A DNA stretch of 62,922 nt, the filler included, from Octopus bimaculoides (taxonomy: Eukaryota): assembly GCF_001194135.2 (NCBI RefSeq). It is 3 parts of 3 records of this genome, joined end to end, with 100 filler letters (N's around TTAATTAATTAA, not from the genome) between each part and the next. Parts side by side here need not be neighbours in the genome. Positions count along the whole stretch, not along the records: positions 1 to 30,428 come from NC_068989.1; 2 more parts are not named here. One strand, given 5' to 3'. The position numbers were made by a program, and so were the translations under genes. The stretch's first letter is position 1. Each line of letters begins with the position of its first letter. Positions 13,401 through 26,457 of this stretch are shown here, piece by piece. A model generated the notes under the pieces. That model saw nothing but the letters and a program-made list of their open reading frames with translations, made no database searches and was not told where the DNA came from.

Positions 13401-14320
13401 GTTAGATGCAAGAATTGAAAGAACAGCTGGTAGTGTTTAATTGCAACCATCTACGTTCTGAATTCAAATCCCGCTCTGGTGAACTTTCCATTTAATCCGC
13501 TCCGAGGTCGATAAACCAGTCAGTGAAGTACTTCACTCGATTTAATCAAGTACAGTTCCCGCATTCACACATTTATATGCAAAAACAGACAAAAGATACA
13601 AAAACACAAAACAATACATGACACCATCATCAATCAGCGATCAGCAGCACAGCTTCAGATTTCAATTGCCGTTTTATTTCTCCTGTAGTGTGTAAATCAC
13701 ATTTCCTTAACTCCATATAACACAGTGATAGTCTTCTTTGAGATGTGTGTAGAGGCTTTTTTTTAATATATTTTCTTTACTTTTATCGCTATATTCACAT
13801 GCCATTCAAACTGCCATACATGAGATAAAAGTTCCGCTAATCAGTAAAGAGTTAAGAGCGAACTAAAGAATATTATTCATTACGTTATTTTTTTATTTAT
13901 TTTACTTTTGATTTTATGTTGTTATCTTTGGCATCGCTGGAGGTAATTGGACAAATTGCTTCCTGAGGCTGACTGTTGCCCTAATTAATCAGACAATTTT
14001 TTTAAAAATCCGAAGCAGCTTCTGACATTTCTTGCACGCAATATACAGCTTGTTCTGAAATTTGTAATTCTACTACATAGATACTTGCAGGCACGCTTGA
14101 CACTTCCTACAGTGTGTGTGTGTGCGTGTGTATAATATATATNNNNNNNNNNNNNNNNNNNNNNNNNNNNNNNNNNNNNNNNNNNNNNNNNNNNNNNNNN
14201 NNNNNNNNNNNNNNNNNNNNNNNNNNNNNNNNNNNNNNNNNNNNNNNNNNNNNNNNNNNNNNNNNNNNNNNNNNNNNNNNNNNNNNNNNNNNNNNNNNNN
14301 NNNNNNNNNNNNNNNNCTGT

Positions 14321-14365
14321 CGGACGCCGACGAAGGGAAATAACCCTGAAATCCGGATACGTTCG
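14321..14365 (+). ncRNA. Type I hammerhead ribozyme-like motif with one core substitution (CCGACGA instead of CUGANGA)
   Basis: Stem I cggacg/cgttcg; core 14327-33; stem II aggg-aaataa-ccct; GAAA 14348-51; palindromic helix III ATCCGGAT; predicted cleavage triplet AUA at 14357-59. Confidence 0.7.
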
Positions 14366-14967
14366 TGCTGCAGATCGAGGTGAGAGGGATAACTTCCCTT
14401 GGCAAACAGGACACAGTCGTGTGTCGATAAGCCAGCTGGAGGAGATGTCCTCCTGGGGCTAAAAGCAACAGTAACATCCACCCCTAGGGGTCAGCCACAC
14501 TTAAGTGGCAATATACTACACTTTATATATATATAATTCTTTATTAAATGTGCAAAAGCATCACAGAAGACTGTTTGTGTGATGTTTTTGCAGCTTTCAT
14601 AAAAATGCATATAGCTCTGCCTTTGGTATTCGAGTGCAATTTTTTTCCATCTTGTCTTGCATTTCTGTGCGTATTCGTCTACACGCACACGCACACACAC
14701 ACACACGCACACACACACACACATATATATTAAAATATACATGCACTTTTATGGTGATATGTGCACGCATATAACCTATTCTTTCTCGATAAACCAGTAT
14801 AGCATGTATTTATACAGATATACCTGTGACTAGTGTTTCAAGGATATATACACAGAGTGAGCGAAAATTTCAATAATCACAGGAATTTACAAAGACATGC
14901 TTCAGTGCTTCTAATATTGCTTGAAAACATAAAATAATGATGAATACACAAATTCTTTTACGAAATG

Positions 14968-15132
14968 ATATTAATAATGATAATAATAATGATAATAATA
15001 ATGACAATAATAATAACTATGATAATTATTATGATAATAATAATAATAACAATAATAATAACAATAATGGCAATAATTATAACTATGATAATTATGATAA
15101 TAATAATAATAATAATAATGACAATAACAATC

Positions 15133-15178
<46 letters not shown>

Positions 15179-15230
15179 TAATAATAATAATAATAATAAT
15201 AATGATAATAATAATAATAATAATAATAAT
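14968..15230. repeat. Imperfect (AAT)n microsatellite
   Basis: Direct reading. Confidence 0.95.
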
Positions 15231-15560
15231 GCCCAGATACAGTACCAGGCATTGGCTCTCACGGCTTCTCATCTTAATTGTGTCAAGTGTTACCATGTGC
15301 ATTGTCTTGTCTTGGTATAAAAGATGGGCTATAGCAAATATTCTGCACAACACCACAGATTTGCTTGTCATTTACTTGACCGTAACCAATTTAGCATGTC
15401 CCTTAGTGGCTGACCATATGTGCATCTATGATCGTGAGCAGAATTAGTGAGGGAGCATCATAGCCATGATTCCAGAGGTGGATTTCAATAGTTCACCTCC
15501 GGAAACATGGGTGTCTCGTTCATCATACTTAAACGAACCTTACGCCTGGTATTCTTGAGC
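15226..15560. repeat. Interspersed repeat fragment adjacent to an (AAT)n tract
   Basis: Sequence (ggtataaaagatgggctatagcaaatattctgc...agcatgtcccttagtggctgac) resembles a common octopus interspersed repeat from memory; no second copy in this window. Confidence 0.4.
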
Positions 15561-15989
15561 AGAATGAGGTACTCAACCTAAAGAAAATTCTAGATAGATA
15601 ACGGCAAAGGGGAGAAAAAAGAGTTCAAGAAAGTAGAGAAAGGATAAGAGGGGAAAAAAGGAAAGGGGTAGAAGGGAAGAAACAAAGAATTAGAGAAAGG
15701 ACGAGAGAGAAAACGATAGGGGCGAGTGAGAGAGAAGAAACAGTACAGAGGAGGGTCACATCAAAATTATTACGATAAACTTACTTGGAAATGGATGCGT
15801 GGCGTTCAGTCATATAATGATATAAATAAAAAATAGATATATAGGCATATATACATACATGTACATGCTGACATATAAATGTATGTATATATGCATATAT
15901 GGGTACAGGATTCACAAAACGTAAGCAACAGGAAATACGAAAACATGAAATCCGAAATACAAAAAGCATCAAATACGAAGACAAACATT

Positions 15990-16092
15990 TTAATGCAAAC
16001 AACGAGAAAAATAAATGGAAAACAAGACAAGTAACATAAAGAACGACCTTTCCTCAGTTGTCAGCTGTTTATCTACTCCCCATTTCGAGCAA
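15990..16092 (-). repeat. Interspersed repeat, homologous to 45931-46030
   Basis: Reverse complement gctcgaaatggggagtagataaacagctgacaactgaggaaagg aligns to gctcgaaatgaggtgtagatagacagccgacaactgatgaaggg. Confidence 0.8.
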
Positions 16093-16447
16093 TTCACGAC
16101 GAAATGTGTCTTTGAAGGAATATATTAAACGTAAATATGTATATAGTAAAAATACAGAGATACACACTGGAATTCATAGAAATATATTGTGTGCGTAATT
16201 GCGTGCATGTGTTTGTGGAGTATGTGCGTGCGTGTTCACGTGTATGTGTGTATGCGTGCGACCGCGTGTGTGAGTGTGGGTGTAATTACCCAGGAATGCA
16301 AACCCACTCCCCTTTCTCATTCATAGATACATATATATTTACACAGATATATGAATCGTACATACGAAAATACGTTCAGGAATACCTGCATGCATACATA
16401 CACACACATACATAGATACACAACACATAGATACGCGCATACATACA

Positions 16448-16512
16448 CATATACATACATCAATTACTCACATATACATACATCAATTACATATACATAC
16501 ATCAATTACTCA
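16448..16512. repeat. Minisatellite, about 20-22 bp x3
   Basis: catatacatacatcaattac repeated three times. Confidence 0.85.
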
Positions 16513-16859
16513 ATGCCATCTGTCATTTGAAAGATGCAGAGAAATATCAGATGCTGAGTAAATGCAAATATTTGAATGTTTGAATACAAGAACGATTGGT
16601 GGATTACATCCGGCCACACTAACATCAATCCACAGCCGCAATTATAAGAAGTCTGAGTTGTGTGAAAAGACAAAATTTGTACTGTTATTGATATTTTCTC
16701 CTCAGTGACTGTGACGAATTCTTTGAAAATCAATGGGAAACAAGAATATGTATAGACATTGGTTTAGAAATACACACCTTAGCAGTATTAAAAATTTAGA
16801 ATTGCCTCACATTCATTAAGCACGTGTTCGCTAGAAAGTTTCCTAAATGGTAATACTGG

Positions 16860-17005
16860 ATGAAGATTTTGGCACAAGGCCGCATTTTGGAGATTGAGTA
16901 GGTTGCTTACATCGCGGCCAGTACTCAACTGTTCAGTCAACTGGTAATTATTTTATCGATCTGGAAATGACGAAAGGCAAAGTTGGCCTGGGTGGAATTC
17001 GTACC
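16860..17005 (-). mobile_element. SINE family A, degenerate 5'-truncated copy
   Basis: aactggtaattattttatcgatc...gaaaggcaaagttggcct. Confidence 0.6.
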
Positions 17006-19269
17006 AGGGTCATTAAATATTTCAAAGAGGAAAACAAAATGCACAAATATATGCACTATATACTATAAATACTAAACTTAAACGAAAACAACCACCAACT
17101 CACACACACGTGTGTCCACCAGGAGATGTACTAAAGTTGAATAATGACAAACAACTTGCAGAGATTTACACATGACATCAATTCGAAGGGTTTCTACACT
17201 CTTTCACTCTAGCAGATTTCACTCCGAAAAGCTAAGTGGGTCGGATGCTATTGCAAAACATAAATATCCACAGTAACTTAAAACACCTCATAAATGTAAT
17301 GCGGTCTTATTTCTTATTTCTTGTAGCCTAAGCATGTTGCAATATGCACGTACATACATTATTGTACTTATCATTCACATTCATTGATTAGCATGTGTAA
17401 TATTCATGCACACACAAGCACACGCACGGACGCACACACATGTTAACACATACACACGCGCACATACACACACAAACACACACTCACACATATTTTTCAG
17501 TTGTGAGATGTGCAGGGACAACAGCTATCGTCAATCTACCTGCATGATATCACTGAATCCTAGTCTGGAATTAGAATCGTTAAATATGTCTTGGTCGATT
17601 GAACAAATTGCAAATGAAATGAGGACTTTGTAGTTACTATGTGTTGCATAGAGAAATAGTCTAATTGAGGTAGTGCGGGAAATACATACATACGTATATA
17701 CATAGGTATATATNNNNNNNNNNNNNNNNNNNNNNNNNNNNNNNNNNNNNNNNNNNNNNNNNNNNNNNNNNNNNNNNNNNNNNNNNNNNNNNNNNNNNNN
17801 NNNNNNNNNNNNNNNNNNNNNNNNNNNNNNNNNNNNNNNNNNNNNNNNNNNNNNNNNNNNNNNNNNNNNNNNNNNNNNNNNNNNNNNNNNNNNNNNNNNN
17901 NNNNNNNNNNNNNNNNNNNNNNNNNNNNNNNNNNNNNNNNNNNNNNNNNNNNNNNNNNNNNNNNNNNNNNNNNNNNNNNNNNNNNNNNNNNNNNNNNNNN
18001 NNNNNNNNNNNNNNNNNNNNNNNNNNNNNNNNNNNNNNNNNNNNNNNNNNNNNNNNNNNNNNNNNNNNNNNNNNNNNNNNNNNNNNNNNNNNNNNNNNNN
18101 NNNNNNNNNNNNNNNNNNNNNNNNNNNNNNNNNNNNNNNNNNNNNNNNNNNNNNNNNNNNNNNNNNNNNNNNNNNNNNNNNNNNNNNNNNNNNNNNNNNN
18201 NNNNNNNNNNNNNNNNNNNNNNNNNNNNNNNNNNNNNNNNNNNNNNNNNNNNNNNNNNNNNNNNNNNNNNNNNNNNNNNNNNNNNNNNNNNNNNNNNNNN
18301 NNNNNNNNNNNNNNNNNNNNNNNNNNNNNNNNNNNNNNNNNNNNNNNNNNNNNNNNNNNNNNNNNNNNNNNNNNNNNNNNNNNNNNNNNNNNNNNNNNNN
18401 NNNNNNNNNNNNNNNNNNNNNNNNNNNNNNNNNNNNNNNNNNNNNNNNNNNNNNNNNNNNNNNNNNNNNNNNNNNNNNNNNNNNNNNNNNNNNNNNNNNN
18501 NNNNNNNNNNNNNNNNNNNNNNNNNNNNNNNNNNNNNNNNNNNNNNNNNNNNNNNNNNNNNNNNNNNNNNNNNNNNNNNNNNNNNNNNNNNNNNNNNNNN
18601 NNNNNNNNNNNNNNNNNNNNNNNNNNNNNNNNNNNNNATATGTATATCATATATGTATATATGTATCATCTTCTATTCCCCTCTCTCCCTTTCTCTCTCT
18701 CTCTCTCTGTATATATATATATATATATATATATAAAGAGAGCGAGAAAGATACATATACATCACTTCGTTATGCGATGTCATTTTTAATCTGGCTATAA
18801 TGTAAATTAAGGAGATATGCCTACTACTCCTTGCAGGTGATTTGACTACCTCAGTAACGATGTTGCTTTTGTAGCTTCTTTAGCGTTTGTGTATTAATCC
18901 GGCCGATTCTGACTGTTTGAGAGAAAGTACAATGATGGAGTAAATAATAATAAAGCAGTGCTTTATAAAGTGATGGTAAAGTGACAGCTTAGTGGGGGAG
19001 ACCAGGACATATGTGAAAGCTGTAATGTAAGTACTGACTACCATGATGGAGTAATTATATACATCAGCTGCCATACCAGAGTTATACCAACCGGAATCAA
19101 CCTGTGCGTTATTCATATATTTTGGGTATATATATATATATTCATTTTATATATACTTCTGTATTCTTTCCTTTTTTACGACACCAAGATATGGTTTGGC
19201 GTTAGACTAGCAGCTGTGAGTTGCAGGTTGATCGACTAGACACGTGATATATTCTTTTATGTAGAAATA

Positions 19270-19482
19270 GTTTTCTGCTCTAGGCACACGGCCCGAAATA
19301 TTTTGGGACAGAGCCAGTCGATTAGATCGACTCCAGCACGTAACTGGTACTAAATTTATCGTCCTCAATAGGATGAAAGGCAACGTCGACCTTGGCAGAA
19401 TTTGAACTCAGAACTTAAAGAGACACAAAATACCGCTAGGCATTTCGCCCAGCGTGCTAACGTATCTGCTAGCTCGCCGCCT
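19270..19482 (-). mobile_element. SINE family A, full-length
   Basis: Collinear with the other copies from head (agctcgccgcct) to tail (ttttctgctctaggcac). Possible TSD atgtagaaata/atgtaaaaata at 19259-69 and 19485-95. Confidence 0.9.
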
Positions 19483-20337
19483 TCATGTAAAAATATTAGT
19501 GCGGTTAGCTCAGACTACGCTGGAAGACAAAAGCCTTAAAATGTTCTGTAGCCAGAATTAAAGTGAAATACATACATACATATATTTATGTGTGTATGTC
19601 TGTTTGTGTGTGCGTGTATGTACATGCGTAAACACACATATATACATATATATATATATATGTATATANNNNNNNNNNNNNNNNNNNNNNNNNNNNNNNN
19701 NNNNNNNNNNNNNNNNNNNNNNNNNNNNNNNNNNNNNNNNNNNNNNNNNNNNNNNNNNNNNNNNNNNNNNNNNNNNNNNNNNNNNNNNNNNNNNNNNNNN
19801 NNNNNNNNNNNNNNNNNNNNNNNNNNNNNNNNNNNNNNNNNNNNNNNNNNNNNNNNNNNNNNNNNNNNNNNNNNNNNNNNNNNNNNNNNNNNNNNNNNNN
19901 NNNNNNNNNNNNNNNNNNNNNNNNNNNNNNNNNNNNNNNNNNNNNNNNNNNNNNNNNNNNNNNNNNNNNNNNNNNNNNNNNNNNNNNNNNNNNNNNNNNN
20001 NNNNCACGAAAAATGCAGAAAAAGACATATTACAAATTACAAATGTGGCAACATATTAAAACCAAGTGGGAGAGAGCATACATAAAATCCAAATGTGAGG
20101 AAGAATATATAAGTCCATCTTGACATAGCAGGGTCTATCAGGCTAGTAATTGATTCTAGACAAAAGTTTTAACTGTCTCAGAATTCTATTGTTTCTTATC
20201 TAGTGGTGATAGCAAAGGGACAATTACTTCTAAAGAGAGGGAAGGTGTAAGCAGTATGCATGGACAAGGCTATAAAAGTATTAGAATCTAGAGGTTTCAC
20301 TGGTCATAGTAGTATCAGGTCATTTTATTACTATCAA

Positions 20338-20417
20338 AATGTTGAGGAATTAATGTTGAGGAATTGTAGCCCTAGGTATTGTAGCCCATATACCTAGGGC
20401 TACAATTCCTCAACATT
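20338..20417. repeat. Perfect 28-bp inverted repeat with 10-nt loop, preceded by a 14-bp direct duplication
   Basis: Arms 20352-20379 and 20390-20417; aatgttgaggaatt occurs at 20338-51 and 20352-65. Confidence 0.95.
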
Positions 20418-21660
20418 ATGCGAAGGCACCCGAATATTGTGACTAGGTTGCACCTAGCTAGAAATGAGACGTAAAAGCCCTTATGGCGTCAAAGAGGCGC
20501 ACATATATCTCCTGACAGGGGAGATAACCACCCCACGATGAGAGATCATAAATGCTTGCCCAGTTTCGTTTCGAATTATAAGCTCATCAGTGATGACTAC
20601 TCAATCGCTGGATAGTGTGCTTAGATCCCAACTGTCACAGTATAGTATTTAACATATGAAACGATGGATGATTCAGCAAAATTTTAATGTGAGAATTATA
20701 AAACAATGCAGGCGTCACAGGGCTGAAGTAGTCAAGGCGCGACTATACTTGTATGATGATCTTGCACACTGTGGGGTAATTATCTCCACTGTCAGTGCAT
20801 AGACATCTTCTTCTTTGCGGCCCTAGGTTTTTTAGCTCCTATTTCTAGCATTGCAGATGATTCTCTGCACCATGACTAACAATTAGTGCCTATTAAATTT
20901 TCCGTTTTGAATTTATATGGCTTATAACTGCCTTCGTTAATTTATGTGTGTATAGATGCGTGTGTATGTATGCGTGTGTCAGTGTGTTTGTGTGTACGTA
21001 TGTATGGGTGTGGGTGTGCGTGAGTGTGTGTGTGTTTTTACGGAAGACTGGGAGGTGTAAGATGGTATCATGAGTGAATAAATTAGCAGAAAAGAAGGAA
21101 ACGAATGAGACAGAACAAACAAAACAGTCCCCTCATCAACTCAAGGGATTGCTATCAGCTCCACATCATCGGAAATATGGCAAGACTAGTGGTGTTAACA
21201 ACAATCAGATATGTTTGTTCAGAATCAATAGAATTAATGCACTTGAAACAATATACAAATATGTATGTTCGTATGATGTATGTATGTATGTATGTATATA
21301 TGTATGTATGTTTGTGCGTATGTATGTATGTATGTATCTTTTGTGTATGTATGTCTTCGTTACTGATATATAGAAAAACCTGTGTACACGCATAAAAGAA
21401 ACCAGGCAAAATAACACCGGATGATTTTGCATAGATGAAACAGTAGCAGAAGGTGAAGAGTAAGATTTGAGTTTCCAAACGTTATCCGTTAACAGCCAAG
21501 AAGGAAGAAGCATGGGTATTTGTACTTGCTGGGAACCTGAGGTCGAAAAAGTACTTACAAGTAAAAGTGGAAACAACAAATGAAGAAAACGGTGTTATAG
21601 TATAGGGATAAATAGACATTTCTATACTGACATTTATTGAGGTATTATACATACTGCAAC

Positions 21661-21873
21661 AAATGGTGAGCTAGCAGAATAGCATGCCGAAGAAAATGCA
21701 TCGCGGTAATTCTTCAGGTTTTCGACCTGAGTTGAAATTATGCTAGTGTCGACTTTGCCATTCATCCCTTCCTTGTCAATAAAATAAGTGCCAAGAGGGT
21801 ACTGAGGGTGATGTAATCGGCCAATCTCCTTTCCCAAAAATGTAAAACCTCTGTCTATAATAGAAAAGATTAT
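21661..21873 (+). mobile_element. SINE family A, degenerate full-length copy
   Basis: ggtgagctagcagaa...gtcgactttgccattcatcc...tagaaaagattat. Confidence 0.75.
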
Positions 21874-22158
21874 ACATGTTCCATGTCATCTATGACTCAT
21901 AATTTACCATACATGTTCTTGAAGTCTTTGCAGAACCCACAGTCTTTTATCATCTAATTTTTTTAGAGAACGAAGGAGAGAGGGGGAGAAAACAAAAAGA
22001 ATCACAGACAGACGGAGACGGAAAGTGAAGAAGAAAATTAGAAAGGTACACCGAAAAAATAGAACAAATTATGTCACGGCAATTTAAACAAAGCAACAAT
22101 TTGTAAGATAGGACTCGGTGTGTTCATACATACCTACCTACCTACCTACATACATACA

Positions 22159-22189
<31 letters not shown>

Positions 22190-22399
22190 GGAGGCAATCC
22201 ACGTGAACAGTTATCAGCTCATATGGATTCCTCTTATAGCGGCTTTTTACCCCACAGAAATGAATACTCGTAATGACATCTGAGTCTTAAGTTCGAATCA
22301 TTTGAGCACGATTAAGCATTTTCTACAGCGCGAATCTGTAGACCTCACCTGTTAACCAAACATACATACAAACATACAAAAATACCCAATTTTTGATGT

Positions 22400-22620
22400 T
22401 GAAATTCCAATGAAGAAACCTTGGATCTAGGTTAGAAACCCCTTCTTTCTCTAATGGCAAGAAATCTTGAAATAAACTGAATAATGACATATATACAAAA
22501 AGCACCTAGTCGCTGCTGACATTCCAATGAAGGTGCTTTGGATATAGGTTAGACACCTACTCATTCTCTATTGGCAAGGCATCTTGAAATAAAACTGAAT
22601 AAGGACGTAAATACACAGAA
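22400..22620. repeat. Diverged tandem duplication, period about 117 bp
   Basis: attccaatgaag...ggat(c/a)taggttaga...tcttgaaataa(a)actgaataa starts at 22404 and 22521. Confidence 0.8.
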
Positions 22621-25329
22621 CATTAAATAGAGAGTGTGAGGAAAGGAGAGCGCGGGCAAGAAAGTGAAATAGAAATAATGACCAGAAGAATACTTTGGTT
22701 TGGATAATTAGTTGTCAGATATAGGAAAATTTAATTCGCTAATTAAACTGAATTTCCGGTCCCCTGCAGCGATGAATTATCACACCCTGTGTCAGCGTTC
22801 AAGATATAACCAATAATACTAAACATACATATTAGATTTCCAGCCCCCCAAAACCAATCAACCAACCAACTAATTGCCAAAAGTCCTAAATAGGTATCCT
22901 TGACCTCCTGTGAATGCAGTTAGTAGATGATTTAGTCCATACGACACAGCGAGGATTAAAACAGTCTTGTTGGCTGTACCGAAATACAGCGGTTGCATCG
23001 CAATAAAATCTATCTTTACATCTTTAGGTCGTAAAACGAACACACTGACACATCTTACTCAACAAACTACAGTAAATATTTTTCAATTATTACATTTTAC
23101 TACTCAACACTCGTAGATGCCATATTTTATGACGACACTCCACCAACACGTCTCTAAGCAGTAACTCATTAATTTCAGAACCGGCCACAAATGAACAAAA
23201 ATGAAAACACATTTACAATGTTAGAAAAATCACAGCGAGACCATTTGCAGGCAAAAAAAATAATTAAAAAAAACAAACAGATTATCATTTCACAGATTCA
23301 CCACAATCACAAACATACGTTATACGATACACACACAACAGCAGAATAATTATCGAAAGCTTCTTACAGTAAACAACATGCATAATTCACTAGCAATGTA
23401 CAAATGTAATTACGATATTCTGCAGGCCATTAGCTTGGATATTTGTTGCAAATACTCAACTTGCAGGAAATAGAAGCTAGTGCTGCGCTACATCGCCGCC
23501 TAGTATCCTAATGAGGAATTAAATACATACCCCAAAATACAGTTATATTTAAGAAATATACCTAGAATAAGATGAGTGACCCAGGCTTGAGTGTCGTAAG
23601 TAATATGTATGCTCTATCAGAGTTAGCCTGAAATCGAAGAAAAAGCAGTAAAACAATTAGAAACACAACGGTATGGTACAATTTATGGATAATGCATAAT
23701 ACTTGCTTTCCCGATAAAGAACAATACACGTTACTTTTTCTTTTCTCAATCAGTATACCCGACATACTTATATAACCTATGCCGCATGTAGGGAAGCTCC
23801 CATATGGGAAAAATAAAGGATTCCGAATACTAAAACAGTAATTTAATACATTTGCACGCCAATGAATTTGTAAAACTATTGCGTCATTACCGACGTAAAA
23901 CACTCGAAATCCAGTGCAATAGCACATAACTTATCCAGAACCAGTGAAAGCACAAAATATCATGACTGCATCAATAACCACGAAAGAGGAGAGTGTTAAT
24001 TGTCATGTTCAAATGCAGTCCATGTTGCTGTTTCATTTGTGGCTAACAGAAGTCTACATGTTTCTCTGATACAAATATCTGTAAAATAACGTACCTTATT
24101 GTGTTAAAAATGTCTATTTTGGATAATGTAATCGTTGAAATTATAGCTTTATCATAATACATTAAAAGGTGGATTGATATTAGTGTCAAGATGTAGCTAA
24201 ACCATCACCACCACCATCACCACTACCACCACCACTACCACCACCACCACCACCACATCACAAGAAAAACAACAACAGCAACATTAAAACGCGTATACGG
24301 GAACAAAGATANNNNNNNNNNTACTCATGGCAATATTCGGCATTTGCGTCGCATGTATCCATTTATTGTTTTTTGCGTAGCATACGTAATATCATGATTA
24401 TATAAACACCTTTTTATTGGTATTGTTTACGTTTGACTGTTGAAAGCAAATGGCATAGAACGATGGCGGAGAAAAGAATTTGAATTCAGAAGTCACAGCT
24501 ATCTATTCTTCCATATGATAGAGTTGGTTCGTCATTACAACCTATGGCGGTACTCATAAAAGTATTGAAAACATTTCATTCTACTGGTTTTCACATCGGT
24601 GATGTACGGCTTTGTATTGTGCCTTACAGATGTTAAATGAGAGGTACAGATTAAAGTAACACTTTTATTGTTTACAATCTGTAACTGAAGTAAACTAAGC
24701 ATAAATGCAAGTCATATTGTGATGGATAATTAGGGACTGACAGGTGAGAGAGGAGTCGGGAAAGAGTGGGTATGAGTTTTTAAGAAAAAGTAGTGATGTA
24801 TAAACTGCATAACAGTAACAGGGAAGAGACACTTCTAAATGGAATTTAAATGGAAATGAATAAAAACTGAGTGAGTGCAAGAATGAAACATAATTTAGCA
24901 AACGAATAAAAAGAGGTAATGAATCAAAGAGAAAGTTTGATTTGATTCTGTTTCGAAAGTTCCATTATGAAAGGAGATACATAATGGAAAGAAGGTGGGA
25001 AAGAAAAGTAGAGAAAATTGGCAAGGTGAAGAGGGTAATTAAGTCTAAATAAATAAAACAAAGGACTAAATAGCCTATCAGAAACAGCAAACGAATACAG
25101 AGACGTACACATACACAGAAGCAATTTCATAAATATACGTGTGTGTGTGTGTGTGTATGAATGTATATATTTATGTATATATGTATAAACGTCTTTTAAA
25201 TGTGTTTACGGGAAACGTTTTGAATATGCAAAGAAAACTCCTCTTGTATTATGACGACCATAATTTAATGGCTGGTAAACCAGTTTTTCGGGGTTGCATC
25301 GAGCTATGCCGATATAATGCAGGATCAAT

Positions 25330-25570
25330 GTAATGATAACAATAATCATTGGATGGAATTTATAATCATCTAATGCATCGCTACGCGCGTTTCCAGGAAT
25401 CACATGTTTCTTACAGTCTGTATTCCTGAAATGATTACAAGATACTACGGACTGCACTGTAATTATCTCAGGAATACGGACTGTAATATTAAGAGACGTG
25501 TTATTTGTGAAAACGCGCGTATTGATGCATTAGATGTTTATAAATTCCATCCAATCATTATTGTCATTAC
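25330..25570. mobile_element. Fold-back / MITE-like element: about 110-bp imperfect inverted arms, 18-nt spacer
   Basis: Arms 25330-25439 and 25458-25570 are reverse complements; the ORF track shows near-identical peptides on opposite strands here. Confidence 0.75.
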
Positions 25571-25942
25571 CGTGTGTGTGGAAGGGTGTATCGAGGAAAT
25601 CGCAAAAAGCAAAAACAACAAAACTCAAAAGACGCACACACACATACTCACACACATACACACACGCAAAAAGCATGCACACATGCCCTTGAAACATATA
25701 CTGAGGTGATGCAATATTCTATGAGATCGCGATTAGGTTTTCTATAGCCATGCTGGGGCAGAGCCTTGACGAATTTTACTCGAACGAATCCACCTTAAGT
25801 CAAGTACTTAATTTATTGGTAGCTCTAAAAATTATTCGATAGACAATAATTCGAAAAAAGATTCTATCTATATGTATGTATATATTCAGGTAAATATGTA
25901 TGCATGTATGTATTTATGTGCTCATGTAAGTATGTGTGTGTG

Positions 25943-25989
<47 letters not shown>

Positions 25990-26457
25990 NNNNNNNNNNN
26001 NNNNNNNNNNNNNNNNNNNNNNNNNNNNNNNNNNNNNNNNNNNNNNNNNNNNNNNNNNNNNNNNNNNNNNNNNNNNNNNNNNNNNNNNNNNNNNNNNNNN
26101 NNNNNNNNNNNNNNNNNNNNNNNNNNNNNNNNNNNNNNNNNNNNNNNNNNNNNNNNNNNNNNNNNNNNNNNNNNNNNNNNNNNNNNNNNNNNNNNNNNNN
26201 NNNNNNNNNNNNNNNNNNNNNNNNNNNNNNNNNNNNNNNNNNNNNNNNNNNNNNNNNNNNNNNNNNNNNNNNNNATACATAATACATAAAAGGTTAGTAG
26301 TGTTACAGGTTGGAATAACCGTCTAAGGGATAAAAATATCCGATATTCTACTGGTATAATTAACTGTTAACCCTGGACATACATATACAAGTATATTATG
26401 CTCATATGTTGCAGGTAAAGACAAACATAAGCATTAATCTATCAGGAATTAAATTTG

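Noticed and set aside
18880-19116. Hydrophobic 78-aa minus ORF
   Set aside because: No recognisable family motif or supporting exons.
20560-20600. Minus-strand CTGATGA...GAAAC hammerhead-like words
   Set aside because: Stem II has only one pair and helix III/NUH cannot be formed.
23562-23927. 121-aa minus ORF with C...FPY...C, reminiscent of a Cys-loop or chemotactile receptor
   Set aside because: Cys spacing is 16 rather than 13, no clean splice sites and no supporting neighbouring exons.
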